Positions 37,868 to 47,033 of a stretch of 64,000 nucleotides of DNA are shown here, piece by piece (positions within the stretch are counted from its first letter, which is position 1; each line of letters starts with the position of its first letter). The notes under the pieces were generated by a model, which was not told where the DNA came from, searched no databases, and was given only the letters and a program-made list of their open reading frames with translations. Source of the DNA: a virus; IMG/VR virus record IMGVR_UViG_3300010413_000022, positions 5,703-69,702 of that record. One strand, given 5' to 3'. Position numbers and translations under genes: made by a program.

Positions 37868-38889
37868 TTTCTTGTGTTAAGTTCATTAATCATTCGTTGC
37901 CTGTATTCTTCATATTTAGAGAACAATTCATCATTGCTCATGCTGTCAATTTCATCTTGTGTAAACTGTGGTAGAGGCTGGCTCTTTAACATTTGTTGCA
38001 TCAATACCATATCCTTAAGGTCAAGTTGACGGTGCTGTACTGTTTTACTGTCTTCTACCCAAATACCGCCGGGGTTCATGTTGTTGTATACCTTTTTGTA
38101 ATGAATAGTTTCAGTGTAGGTTCTACCCATCATCAACAATTCATTAGTGAGTTTATTTACCCGGCTGGCTTGTAGAGACGAATTAAAAAACTCAGACAGT
38201 AACCGTGCCTCAGCAAGCATTTGTTGAATATATTGGTTCTCACCATACCATTCAGCAAATTCGAGATACCTCACATTATAACGTTCACATGCTTCCTGAA
38301 TTGAAAATTGTCCAGTTGCTATTGTCTTACAAATATCGAGCGCAAGCTTTTCTTTGTCCTCAATACCTGATATTTCTAATTTGGCAGGTGCATTAATGAT
38401 GTTATCCCTCATTTCCTTGACTTCTTTGGGGTCAAGTATAGTTTCGTTCTTAATTAAAAACTCCTCAGCTTGTTTAAGGTTAATGCGGAAGTGGTATTTA
38501 GTGAGGTTGGTTGCGTTTTCTCTAACTTCAACAGTGAATGTGTCTGTCTGGAATTTATCTAACTTCTTTTTATCATTGTAAATCTTCTTGCCAACTGTGG
38601 TTTCATTAAAGGCAAATTCAAACCGGGCTAATCGAAAATATGTTCTTTGACTTAATCCTTCAGTACACTTTAATAGTTCATTGATTTTTTTACGAGTGGT
38701 ATCTTCTTTTAAATTTCCCCAGAGGATTGCAACAAGTCTAATTGTATGGACTTTATTTTTCGGCAATAAAATAGTGTAGCCGTTTTGAATCAACCAGTAT
38801 GGATTGATTGCTTTTTGTATGTCGATTTTTAACGTTGCCAAGCGTGTGTCATTTTTACGTATGCAAGATAACAATTTTTTGGCACACAA
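37864..38889 (-). CDS. putative terminase small subunit-like protein (start uncertain)
   Basis: ICKTIATGQFSIQEAC....F.EW...AEAR resembles TerS HTH; upstream of terL. Confidence 0.55.
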   Translation of the reverse strand: MCAKKLLSCIRKNDTRLATLKIDIQKAINPYWLIQNGYTILLPKNKVHTIRLVAILWGNLKEDTTRKKINELLKCTEGLSQRTYFRLARFEFAFNETTVGKKIYNDKKKLDKFQTDTFTVEVRENATNLTKYHFRINLKQAEEFLIKNETILDPKEVKEMRDNIINAPAKLEISGIEDKEKLALDICKTIATGQFSIQEACERYNVRYLEFAEWYGENQYIQQMLAEARLLSEFFNSSLQASRVNKLTNELLMMGRTYTETIHYKKVYNNMNPGGIWVEDSKTVQHRQLDLKDMVLMQQMLKSQPLPQFTQDEIDSMSNDELFSKYEEYRQRMINELNTRK

Positions 38890-39017
38890 TAATTATATAT
38901 TGCTGACATCACCCCCACGTTGTACACTGGTTGTGATGTAGAAATTTTTGGCACACTTTTTTTTCTTCCTGTTTTTGGCACATTTTTCAGCTTTTCTCTT
39001 AAATCTTTTGGCACACA
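38875..39017. repeat. four direct repeats of TTTTGGCACA
   Basis: Copies at ~38877, 38946, 38973 and 39006. Confidence 0.9.
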
Positions 39018-39092
39018 TAATCTCATAAAAAACCTCACTTTCGTCTCAATAATTCAATACAATCCTCATGGAATTTTATTTGGTCCTTGAAA

Positions 39093-39764
39093 TTATAAAC
39101 CATAATCAGGTTTTGATACATCGGGCGGCGTTTCAATTCTCTTTTTAACTGTGTTTTTAACGCTGTGACCATTAAGCGGTGCTTTTGTATGGCTAAGTTC
39201 TTTTTCATTGATTCCTCCGCAATAATTAATGTATAAATACACAAATAAATCTGTTTGTATTTCAAGTTTGCCTGAAAGTACAAATAAAAACCCCAGCAAT
39301 TTAAGTGCCGGGGTAATCATAGAGCCTTTGTTGTCGTATAGTGCAAGTATAGCATTGTCAATATCCTTGTCAAGAGAAATAATGTCAAATTCTTTTGCAG
39401 CCATACTGCATAACATTGCTAACTCTGTTTGGAATAACAGTGCCGGGATTCTACCAATTATTTTTGTTTGCCTGTATTTGTAATGAAGGTCTGGCTTGCT
39501 GAAATATATTGCCATAGCATCAGAGAACAGCATTGCGATGTAATGTTCAACAGTTCCATCTATATGTTCACCATACCAGCCCTGTTCCCTTTTATGGTCA
39601 GCTTTGTATTTCTCTGCCTTGTAGAGAAATACTTCAATGTCGGCATAGTTATCATTCTGGTAAGCCTCAAATAACAAAGCCAGAGATTTAGCTAAACGAA
39701 TCCTTAACTGAGCCACTGGCATATCTATTTGATAATTGTAGGTTGTGAAATTATTCAAGTTCAT
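39093..39764 (-). CDS. hypothetical protein
   Basis: ORF track. Confidence 0.65.
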   Translation of the reverse strand: MNLNNFTTYNYQIDMPVAQLRIRLAKSLALLFEAYQNDNYADIEVFLYKAEKYKADHKREQGWYGEHIDGTVEHYIAMLFSDAMAIYFSKPDLHYKYRQTKIIGRIPALLFQTELAMLCSMAAKEFDIISLDKDIDNAILALYDNKGSMITPALKLLGFLFVLSGKLEIQTDLFVYLYINYCGGINEKELSHTKAPLNGHSVKNTVKKRIETPPDVSKPDYGL

Positions 39765-39849
39765 AGTTCATTGTTCATTGTTCATTATTATAGAATGCAT
39801 TATCAATAGGCATAAATCCATAATTTGAAAATACTATATAAAAGAAATA

Positions 39850-40365
39850 TTAAAGCTGGAAATTAGAAACGTTTATATTTCCGTACCTGCTTTTTATTGC
39901 TGCAATTTTTGATTTGATTGTTGTTGCTGGTAGATCACTGTCAATTTGGAATATTGCTCTTGCATCGGGAGCTTCAACTATAACCGGGTTAACAAGAGAC
40001 CGGGGTATTATAGGTTTTGCTTCATGTACAAAATCCGCAGCCCAGAGAGCTTCATTAGCTATTGCCTTAGCTTTCTCAGCTTCTCTCTTAGCAATACGGT
40101 CAGCTTTCTTCTTCTGCTCTAAACCTCTTTGAATAGATTCAGTAATACTGTAAATCTTTTTCTTTCTTCCTCTCTTATGGTATATTTTAGGATAATCAGA
40201 CTTTTTAGGTCTCTTAAGCTTCATTTTGTTAAGCTCTTTTCTTACACTGTCCTCTGTCCTACCAATTTTAAAAGAAAGCTGGCTATTGTTCATTTGTAAG
40301 TAGTGTTTCTCTATATACTTACGGTCAGAGCTAGTCCACGGTTTATATTTATTTGGGTGTTCCAA
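39850..40365 (-). CDS. basic HTH/Myb-like DNA-binding protein
   Basis: WTxxDxxY...LS.KIGRT..SVR motif; KRGRKKK. Confidence 0.6.
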   Translation of the reverse strand: MEHPNKYKPWTSSDRKYIEKHYLQMNNSQLSFKIGRTEDSVRKELNKMKLKRPKKSDYPKIYHKRGRKKKIYSITESIQRGLEQKKKADRIAKREAEKAKAIANEALWAADFVHEAKPIIPRSLVNPVIVEAPDARAIFQIDSDLPATTIKSKIAAIKSRYGNINVSNFQL

Positions 40366-40418
40366 AAAATTGATTTGTTTTGACTGTTAATTTAACGAAA
40401 ATCACAAACATTTTGTTG

Positions 40419-40889
40419 CTATACGAAACCAATTTGAGACAGGTAATTGTTAATAACTCCATTTTCCTGTATATGGTCATAAAGTTCACTGAGGGTCATA
40501 CTGCAAGCTGTAGCAACTTCCTCCGGATACTTATATAGAAACACGGCTTTTAATAACTTTTTACCTTCAATATCATTTTTTAAATCCTCCTTGGCGCAAT
40601 ATTCACCCCAGAGTGTAAGTTTACCTACTAACCGGGTCATAAATCCATTTTGTTTGAGGAATTTATCAAAGTCCAGCTCTGTTAGGTGCTTCATTCCCAT
40701 CATAATCATTCTCTGGGTATGTGCTTTTACAGCTTCCTCACAGAAATCCATAAAGCCCGGTTCTGTTCTGGCATATTCAGCCATCTCCTCAACATCTCTA
40801 AGCAGGTAATGACAGGATTTAGTAAAGCCATACCCGGAGTTCAGGCTGGCTTTAAATACCTGTAGTTCGTTGTCATTGAGTTCAATCAT
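40419..40889 (-). CDS. hypothetical protein
   Basis: ORF track. Confidence 0.7.
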   Translation of the reverse strand: MIELNDNELQVFKASLNSGYGFTKSCHYLLRDVEEMAEYARTEPGFMDFCEEAVKAHTQRMIMMGMKHLTELDFDKFLKQNGFMTRLVGKLTLWGEYCAKEDLKNDIEGKKLLKAVFLYKYPEEVATACSMTLSELYDHIQENGVINNYLSQIGFV

Positions 40890-41572
40890 TTTTCCAATGG
40901 CTTAAAGTATCCTTGAATGTTCTCTAAATCTCTTACGAAAACAGCCTTACATTGAGTACAAACAATCTTAACTGTAATTATACCCCGGTGGTCAGCATAA
41001 CTTTCAAAACTCCTGTTATCACAAAAAGGACAATGGTGTTCATTATGTAGGTACTCATCAACCGAAATACAGTTAGGCTCTTTTTCTATTGGAATATGCG
41101 TACCCTCACCTATTTTATCAACCTGCCATTCCCTAAACTGGTTAATCTCAAATTTAGTCCACATGCATTTTAAAATCTGTTCCATAGTGAAACCAGCAAG
41201 CCGGGCGGCATCAATAAGAATACTAAAACAATCAGCATACTCATAAACATCTCCCTGTTTCTTTATAGCTTCTCGAACTTCTTTCTTAAGGTGGTTTAAT
41301 GGTGCAAGCGGTGTCCTGTCAGCTCCAAACGTGTCATTACTCCAAAGTCCATGAATATCTTGGAAGGTTTGGAAGTCTCCGGGGTTATGGTTGTAATCAT
41401 CAATTGGATAAAAGCGTTTAACCTTGTATACGCTGGTACCGAATGCAGCCTTGGCAATTATTAAAGGTTCATCTTCCTCTGGCTCACAAATAGACCTTAC
41501 CTCTATGTTGCCAATTACATTCTTGTTATCCTTTTTATAGTACACTAAGTACTGAAATACTGGTTTGCTCAT
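40886..41572 (-). CDS. DUF550 (dATP/dGTP pyrophosphohydrolase, MazG-like) protein with zinc ribbon
   Basis: WSxxTFG...PLNHLKKEVxEA...EYADC..L.DA...K..IN..REW; CPFC/CTQC. Confidence 0.8.
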   Translation of the reverse strand: MSKPVFQYLVYYKKDNKNVIGNIEVRSICEPEEDEPLIIAKAAFGTSVYKVKRFYPIDDYNHNPGDFQTFQDIHGLWSNDTFGADRTPLAPLNHLKKEVREAIKKQGDVYEYADCFSILIDAARLAGFTMEQILKCMWTKFEINQFREWQVDKIGEGTHIPIEKEPNCISVDEYLHNEHHCPFCDNRSFESYADHRGIITVKIVCTQCKAVFVRDLENIQGYFKPLEK

Positions 41573-41946
41573 TTTGTTAAATGGTGTTTGATTAATTCAA
41601 GTTTTCTTTTATCTCCAAGGTCACGCCGGGAAATAATCTTAAGCACCTTATGAGTGGAGCGGTTACCCATATAATCATCACTTATGAGGTTGGTATACTG
41701 CTTTATCAGCTTATCAAGTTCGCGTTCTTTTTCCTCAATACCCCGGTTAGCAAATTGGTTCTGGGTATGGAAACCTAACGTATCAAGATAATAGTGTTGT
41801 CCAAGGTCGCTTTTAAAGTGGTTGCTTTTCACATGGACAAACCTGTTAGCCTTGGCAACAATAGTGAATATCTCAACCAGTTTATCTATTACCTCCGGAG
41901 TAAGAACCATGTTGGAGGCATACATCTTTGTGCTATCTACTGTCAT
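41569..41946 (-). CDS. hypothetical protein
   Basis: Coupled ORF. Confidence 0.65.
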   Translation of the reverse strand: MTVDSTKMYASNMVLTPEVIDKLVEIFTIVAKANRFVHVKSNHFKSDLGQHYYLDTLGFHTQNQFANRGIEEKERELDKLIKQYTNLISDDYMGNRSTHKVLKIISRRDLGDKRKLELIKHHLTK

Positions 41947-42152
41947 AGTGGTTTAAGTTGTGAATATTCATCTTCAAGAAAACTGGTAATATCTGTATCA
42001 GTCCAGTACTCCAATAATTTTAACCCAGCTTGTGTCAATGGCTCAATAACAATATCCATATCTGGCATTATTTGTTTGACCTTACATTCTCCAAGCTGGT
42101 TGTGTTCAACTTTACTGCCAACAGGCAGCATTTCAGCATCTAATTGGTTCAT
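41943..42152 (-). CDS. small SH3-like hypothetical protein
   Basis: VGSKVEH..LG...V. Confidence 0.6.
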   Translation of the reverse strand: MNQLDAEMLPVGSKVEHNQLGECKVKQIMPDMDIVIEPLTQAGLKLLEYWTDTDITSFLEDEYSQLKPL

Positions 42153-42156
42153 AATT

Positions 42157-42600
42157 CTACTGATTAAAGGTTTTGTACATTACATTGTTATCTATTGAGT
42201 TTATGCCAATAGTATAAAAGCCTAAATCACGGTACATGTCAGGATATTTAGTTGATACATGCAATATACCGGGCATACCTTTGAGTTTTTCTTCAAGGTA
42301 CTTAATCCTGAATTCTGTGAGGCTTCTAAGGTAGCCAAACCGCCTGAAATTTGGCAGGGTTGCACCCATTCTCAACTCATAAATATCTGTACCGTACATT
42401 GATTCAGCAAGCCCGGCATAGGATACAACCTCTGAATTGTTTGCTATACAGAAAATTTCAAGTTTATAAATAGGTTTTTCTTCCATAAGCTGGGTTATTT
42501 CACCATGTACATACTCTTTGAACTCTGTAGTACCAAAACTTCTTTCTGCTACACTTAATATATGTGGTATGTCAGAAATTAATGCTTTTCTTATTATCAT
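42157..42600 (-). CDS. GNAT-family acetyltransferase
   Basis: IIRKAxxSDI, PNFRRFGY (motif A), MYxxLGF. Confidence 0.8.
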   Translation of the reverse strand: MIIRKALISDIPHILSVAERSFGTTEFKEYVHGEITQLMEEKPIYKLEIFCIANNSEVVSYAGLAESMYGTDIYELRMGATLPNFRRFGYLRSLTEFRIKYLEEKLKGMPGILHVSTKYPDMYRDLGFYTIGINSIDNNVMYKTFNQ

Positions 42601-42857
42601 TTCTCAGCCTCCTCTTGCCAAAAGTCATTGACTTCATCCTTAAGCTGTATAATGCTAAAGAATGCATCATCTTCACTATTAACCTCACAGATAGCTTCTG
42701 TAGCTACAATGGCAGTGCCAAACCCGGCGTAAAAGGCTCTTTTGGTCTCTATGTACTGAACACTTTCTTTGTCAAGATGGGTAAGGTTTACCTTGTCGAG
42801 ATAAAACTCAAACAGATCCTCTACGTTTTTACATTTTTCAAAATCTATATTGTCCAT
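42597..42857 (-). CDS. hypothetical protein
   Basis: QYIETKRAFYAG motif. Confidence 0.7.
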   Translation of the reverse strand: MDNIDFEKCKNVEDLFEFYLDKVNLTHLDKESVQYIETKRAFYAGFGTAIVATEAICEVNSEDDAFFSIIQLKDEVNDFWQEEAEK

Positions 42858-42862
42858 AATGA

Positions 42863-43252
42863 TTAAAATAGTGAGGCTTGAACCTCTGATTTATAATATT
42901 TAAAATCCTGTGCATCACCAAGCATAACATAAGTTCGCTTATCATAGATTACTTTCATGCCACAGTAACCCCTTGGTCTTAAGTTTTGGGTAACCTCATG
43001 ATGGCAACTAGAGTAGTCAAGAGGTTTATATTTTCCTGTATATTCGCTTATGTGCTGGCATTTTACGGCTGATACGCTTATGTACCCCTCCTCTGATGAG
43101 CTTACTGACCCGGTACATATCCACATTTCTCCTTCGATATGGATAATCTTCTTTGCTTTGCCTTGCTTTGCGATTATTTGACAACTGCAATTCTTTACTA
43201 ATTCGTTGAATTTGTTCTCTGGTATCATCCAGTAACCTTTGACTTTCTTCAT
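42863..43252 (-). CDS. hypothetical protein ending QASLF
   Basis: ORF track. Confidence 0.65.
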   Translation of the reverse strand: MKKVKGYWMIPENKFNELVKNCSCQIIAKQGKAKKIIHIEGEMWICTGSVSSSEEGYISVSAVKCQHISEYTGKYKPLDYSSCHHEVTQNLRPRGYCGMKVIYDKRTYVMLGDAQDFKYYKSEVQASLF

Positions 43253-43289
43253 TGCTTATCAGTATTATAGTTTCCTTTTTTCATTTGGT

Positions 43290-43322
43290 AAAAAGTTAAG
43301 CCCGGCACTAAGACCGGGCTGG
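43290..43322 (-). terminator. hairpin / probable terminator
   Basis: AGCCCGG-TCTTAGTG-CCGGGCT then TAACTTTTT. Confidence 0.65.
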
Positions 43323-43326
43323 AAAG

Positions 43327-44832
43327 TTAAACATTACTTAAGTCAACGCCTGATTCATCAGCTATCTCATTTCTACAATCCTCAATGTTTATACCTGTCT
43401 CCATTGCCAGCTTTTGTATAAACACATTCTCCACTGAATCAGCATAAACATACATTGGACTAAGGTTCATAAGGCTGGCAATAGCAAAGGACTTCTCCAA
43501 GTTTTCCTCTATCAAGCCTATATTGTCGAAAAATGCTTTTTCATAAGCTTGGTAGTTATTTCCTTCTATAGAGATGTCCTTGCTAACCGCCTTAAGGAAC
43601 TGGCCTCTCATTGGTAAGTCTAACTCTGTATATAATTGGTATATGGCTAAGAGGTGTATACCGGGTGTAAACAGGTTATCTTGCTGCACATAATTCTCAC
43701 TTATCCTGCTTACAACCAATTCAGAGAACCTCTTAATTGCCCCCTGTGCTTTTCGTTGCTGTTTGGCTGTGTTGTTTTCTTGGTTCGCTGTCTCGTTAGC
43801 CTTTTGTATAGCCTTAAGCTGGGCTTTTGAATATACCGGGTAATAATTACCAAGGTTGCCATATCCCTCAACAACAATAAGCATGGTCTCAACAACAAAG
43901 TTCTTTTTGTCAAGTTCCTCTTGTGGAACACGGCTGTATTGATATTCCGATGGGTATATTTCGCTGTGGTATTGGCAAGCTTCAACAACTTCCAGACCTT
44001 TCTCCTGCCATTCTGCAATATGCTTCTGTATGGTATACTCTGTTTTTTTGATAAAACAATCAGGTTTACTGCAAAGGCTGGCTAATGAAATATCACTGAA
44101 CAGCGTAGTGTTTACGGTGCTATTGAATTTACATTTGGTACATGCTCCTGCATCCTTATAAAGCTTTGCATCTTTTGGGTCAAACTTTGCCCCGGCAAGC
44201 TCATAAGTCTGGTTTTTGATGAAGTAGTCATAAAAGTTTTTTGCTGGAAGAAACTGCACCACACCAACACCGTCAATATAGGTAAGCTCATCTAAAGCTT
44301 TTTCCTGTAGCTCCTCAGTCATTAAGACCAAATACCTAGATTGTGCTAAGTTCAGGTTATCATCATAAAGCAGCTTCTTAGCCCGGTCAGTAAGTTTAAT
44401 TAAGTTTAGCCGGGTAATTACATACTTTATTGACTTACCTATTTGCTGGGCAATATTCTCAGGTTCATAACCAAGGGCAATAAGACCCATAAAAGCATCA
44501 AGCTCCTCGATGGGGTTCATGTCCTTACGCTGGCAGTTTTCTACAAGCTGTATTTCTTTTAGCCTGTTAGGTTCACCCTCAGCAATTATGGCAGGTATAT
44601 CAACCCATCCAGCCATTTTGCAAGCTTTAAACCGCCTCTCACCTGCAATTAGAACATACTTGCCGTCCTGTTCAGCTCTGGCTACTGTTATAGGGTTAAT
44701 AAGTCCAACCCTCTTAACCGAATCACTAAGTTCCTGTAGTTCTACAGGGTCAAACTTTTTCCGGGCGTTGTTATCAGTAAGTATCAAGCCCATGTTAATT
44801 AATTGGAATTCGTTATATGTTAAGTTTCCCAT
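43327..44832 (-). CDS. ParB/Spo0J-family protein
   Basis: NARKKFD..LQELSDS...GLINPI, LIAGERRFKA, ENxQRKDMNPIEE, HTH. Confidence 0.9.
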   Translation of the reverse strand: MGNLTYNEFQLINMGLILTDNNARKKFDPVELQELSDSVKRVGLINPITVARAEQDGKYVLIAGERRFKACKMAGWVDIPAIIAEGEPNRLKEIQLVENCQRKDMNPIEELDAFMGLIALGYEPENIAQQIGKSIKYVITRLNLIKLTDRAKKLLYDDNLNLAQSRYLVLMTEELQEKALDELTYIDGVGVVQFLPAKNFYDYFIKNQTYELAGAKFDPKDAKLYKDAGACTKCKFNSTVNTTLFSDISLASLCSKPDCFIKKTEYTIQKHIAEWQEKGLEVVEACQYHSEIYPSEYQYSRVPQEELDKKNFVVETMLIVVEGYGNLGNYYPVYSKAQLKAIQKANETANQENNTAKQQRKAQGAIKRFSELVVSRISENYVQQDNLFTPGIHLLAIYQLYTELDLPMRGQFLKAVSKDISIEGNNYQAYEKAFFDNIGLIEENLEKSFAIASLMNLSPMYVYADSVENVFIQKLAMETGINIEDCRNEIADESGVDLSNV

Positions 44833-44835
44833 GCC

Positions 44836-45663
44836 TTAATCAATTAAACTGTTAATACCTGTTTCCTCATTATTATCATCAATGTACTTCTCCTTATCAG
44901 GTTTCTCGTACATCATATCAAGCAAGCGTTTTGCCCAAAGCTTTGTGTTCCGTGGAAAATCTTTATCAAGCATCCATTGTAAAAAATCAGGGTTTGTATC
45001 AACAGCATTGCCCCGGTCGGTTCCGAAATTAAAATAGTAAACACCATCCTCTTTATAGAACTTACGGGCGTAGTCTACCAATGTACTTCCTTCGGTTGTG
45101 TATTTGATAATCTCATCTACACTGCTACCAATGGTTGGAAAACCTTTCATAAGCTCACTAAGAACAATTCTCGTGTCTCTAACATCAGCGTTGGCATCGT
45201 GTGAATCCTCCGGACGGGTCTCATCGGTTAACAGCTCATACATATTTGTTAAGCTTCTCGAAAACACTTTGCCTACAGTTATGAAAACGTCAAGTATTTT
45301 CTTAACACTAAGGTCGATTTCTACACCGTTCCTTAATAGCTCGTTTTCCAGTACTGGAACATCAAACTGAGTAATGTTGTACCCGGCAAGGTCAGCATCA
45401 CCTATCATTTCCATTATTCTGGGTATGTGTACAGATAACGGCTGTGCATTAACGTTTTTCAATAGCTCCTTGGTAATACCATTCACTTCACTGGCTGACT
45501 TTTTAATTTCACAGCTTGGCATAACATAAACATTAAATATTACAGCCTCAATTGCTCCCGGTTCAATACGGTGCAAGCTCATTTGAACAATTTGGTCATG
45601 GTCAACGTCCGTACCTGTAGTTTCAAGGTCGAAAAATACAATAGGCCTACTTAATTTCTGCAT
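44836..45663 (-). CDS. DEDDh 3'-5' exonuclease (DnaQ-like)
   Basis: FFDLETTG, GYNxxxFD, HDAxAD. Confidence 0.9.
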   Translation of the reverse strand: MQKLSRPIVFFDLETTGTDVDHDQIVQMSLHRIEPGAIEAVIFNVYVMPSCEIKKSASEVNGITKELLKNVNAQPLSVHIPRIMEMIGDADLAGYNITQFDVPVLENELLRNGVEIDLSVKKILDVFITVGKVFSRSLTNMYELLTDETRPEDSHDANADVRDTRIVLSELMKGFPTIGSSVDEIIKYTTEGSTLVDYARKFYKEDGVYYFNFGTDRGNAVDTNPDFLQWMLDKDFPRNTKLWAKRLLDMMYEKPDKEKYIDDNNEETGINSLID

Positions 45664-46000
45664 TTTCTTCTAGTTTTAAATTAATAAACTCATTTTCTAA
45701 GTGCTTGTAGGCTTTATTAATGCCTTTTTCAAGCACTACCAAAGCCGCATCTATGGACTGCCTAATCATATCTACGGCTGGCTTTAAATTTTCTGATACG
45801 CTTGTATCATTTAATCCCCCTGTAATTGGAAGTTGGTAATTAATAACGTCCGATGAACCTCCATCACTTAAGGTAATAAAACTTATTCCCCGGCTTTTGG
45901 GGTCTTGGTTATTGATTCTTTCAAGAAACTTTTTGTGTTTCTCAATGTTTTCAATCATTTTGGCTAATCTAATGCCTTTGTTTAATGTTACAATGTCCAT
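45647..46000 (-). CDS. hypothetical protein (start moved to ATG 46000)
   Basis: ORF-track TTG start lies inside an operator-like site at 46017-46033. Confidence 0.6.
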   Translation of the reverse strand: MDIVTLNKGIRLAKMIENIEKHKKFLERINNQDPKSRGISFITLSDGGSSDVINYQLPITGGLNDTSVSENLKPAVDMIRQSIDAALVVLEKGINKAYKHLENEFINLKLEENAEIK

Positions 46001-46040
46001 TTTTGAATAGTATTTATTTGACAACTGTTAAAATTTTAAG

Positions 46041-46064
46041 CAAAAAAAGGGAGGTCAGCTCCCT
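46041..46064 (-). terminator. intrinsic terminator after lysis genes
   Basis: AAAGGGAG-CTGAC-CTCCCTTT plus T-run. Confidence 0.8.
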
Positions 46065-46273
46065 TTAGGTGTAAAATTAATTGATTTATTGTTAATAATA
46101 ACAAGCTTCATTCCTTGCCACTCACAGTAATCAAGGTTATCAGTCTTTTCTAACTGGTAGTGGATTGTTTGCTTGGAGGTTTCAATACCTCTTTTCTTTA
46201 AAAAATCAAGGTATGACTTAACGGTCATTACATCGCTGAGTTTAATTTCGTCAGTCTTTTGCCTTTTACTCAT
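46055..46273 (-). CDS. small putative HTH DNA-binding protein
   Basis: MTVKSY.....GI.TSKQTIHYQL pattern. Confidence 0.55.
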   Translation of the reverse strand: MSKRQKTDEIKLSDVMTVKSYLDFLKKRGIETSKQTIHYQLEKTDNLDYCEWQGMKLVIINNKSINFTPKGS

Positions 46274-46911
46274 CGCTTCTCGTTTATAATAAGCTTTTCA
46301 CCATTGGTTACTTCACTTTTTGGATTCTTACTCTTTACGTCAATCTTCACTTGCCAAGGTTTAAGCCAACGCCAAAGGATAAATACCTGTTCACCTTTAT
46401 TGTTTGGTTCTCTTATCCAACTATCAATTACCATTACTGTATCAGTAATACTGTAATTAACCCTCATAGTATCATCCTGTGGCTTATAAACAATCCTCTG
46501 GTGTAAGTACCCGTCTGAATACTTAGCTACCTTCACGGGGCTTATTTCACCTAAAAAAACGGTGTCTTTTAACACAACTGTAAAGGTATCCTTGACAGTT
46601 GTTTCAATACTGGTAAAAGACCTTGCATTTTTAAGCTTAATACCAAGAGCTTCTATCTCTTGTTTTGCAAATACAAGTTTGTTCTCAGCATCAGTTCTTA
46701 GACTATCAGCCTTAAGGTATGCAGTTTCAACCTTTGAGACCTTGGTGTTTAACTGGTCAATGGTTCTAACGTTCTGGTTAAACTTGTCCTTGTATGTTTC
46801 AACAAGAGAATCATAAGCTCCCGGAGGTCTAAAACCTAAAAGCCCGGAGAACCATAGCCCGGTAAATACGGCAAGCATTATGATAATACCAATGAATATT
46901 CCTTTTTTCAT
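46270..46911 (-). CDS. membrane-anchored coiled-coil lysis accessory (spanin-like)
   Basis: N-terminal TM, coiled coil, LGIKLK..S, SKNP; next to endolysin. Confidence 0.6.
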   Translation of the reverse strand: MKKGIFIGIIIMLAVFTGLWFSGLLGFRPPGAYDSLVETYKDKFNQNVRTIDQLNTKVSKVETAYLKADSLRTDAENKLVFAKQEIEALGIKLKNARSFTSIETTVKDTFTVVLKDTVFLGEISPVKVAKYSDGYLHQRIVYKPQDDTMRVNYSITDTVMVIDSWIREPNNKGEQVFILWRWLKPWQVKIDVKSKNPKSEVTNGEKLIINEKR

Positions 46912-47033
46912 AAGCTCATCTTTGATATTACACGTTTAGTACTTTCTTTTTCCTTGGAATCTTTGCCGTCAAGCGTATCCTTGGCGTTTTCAACAACTTT
47001 TCCTAGTTTGTTGATGTCATCTTTTGGTTTCAT
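46908..47033 (-). CDS. 41-aa hypothetical protein
   Basis: MKPKDDINKLGKVV...KMSL* fills the gap, overlapping both neighbours. Confidence 0.45.
   Translation of the reverse strand: MKPKDDINKLGKVVENAKDTLDGKDSKEKESTKRVISKMSL

Noticed and set aside
38875-39017. Sigma-54 promoters (TGGCAC)
   Set aside because: None has TTGC at the -12 spacing, and they point against the direction of transcription.
40886-41572. Z-genome (diaminopurine) pathway
   Set aside because: No purZ, datZ or phage polymerase in the window; DUF550 alone is insufficient.
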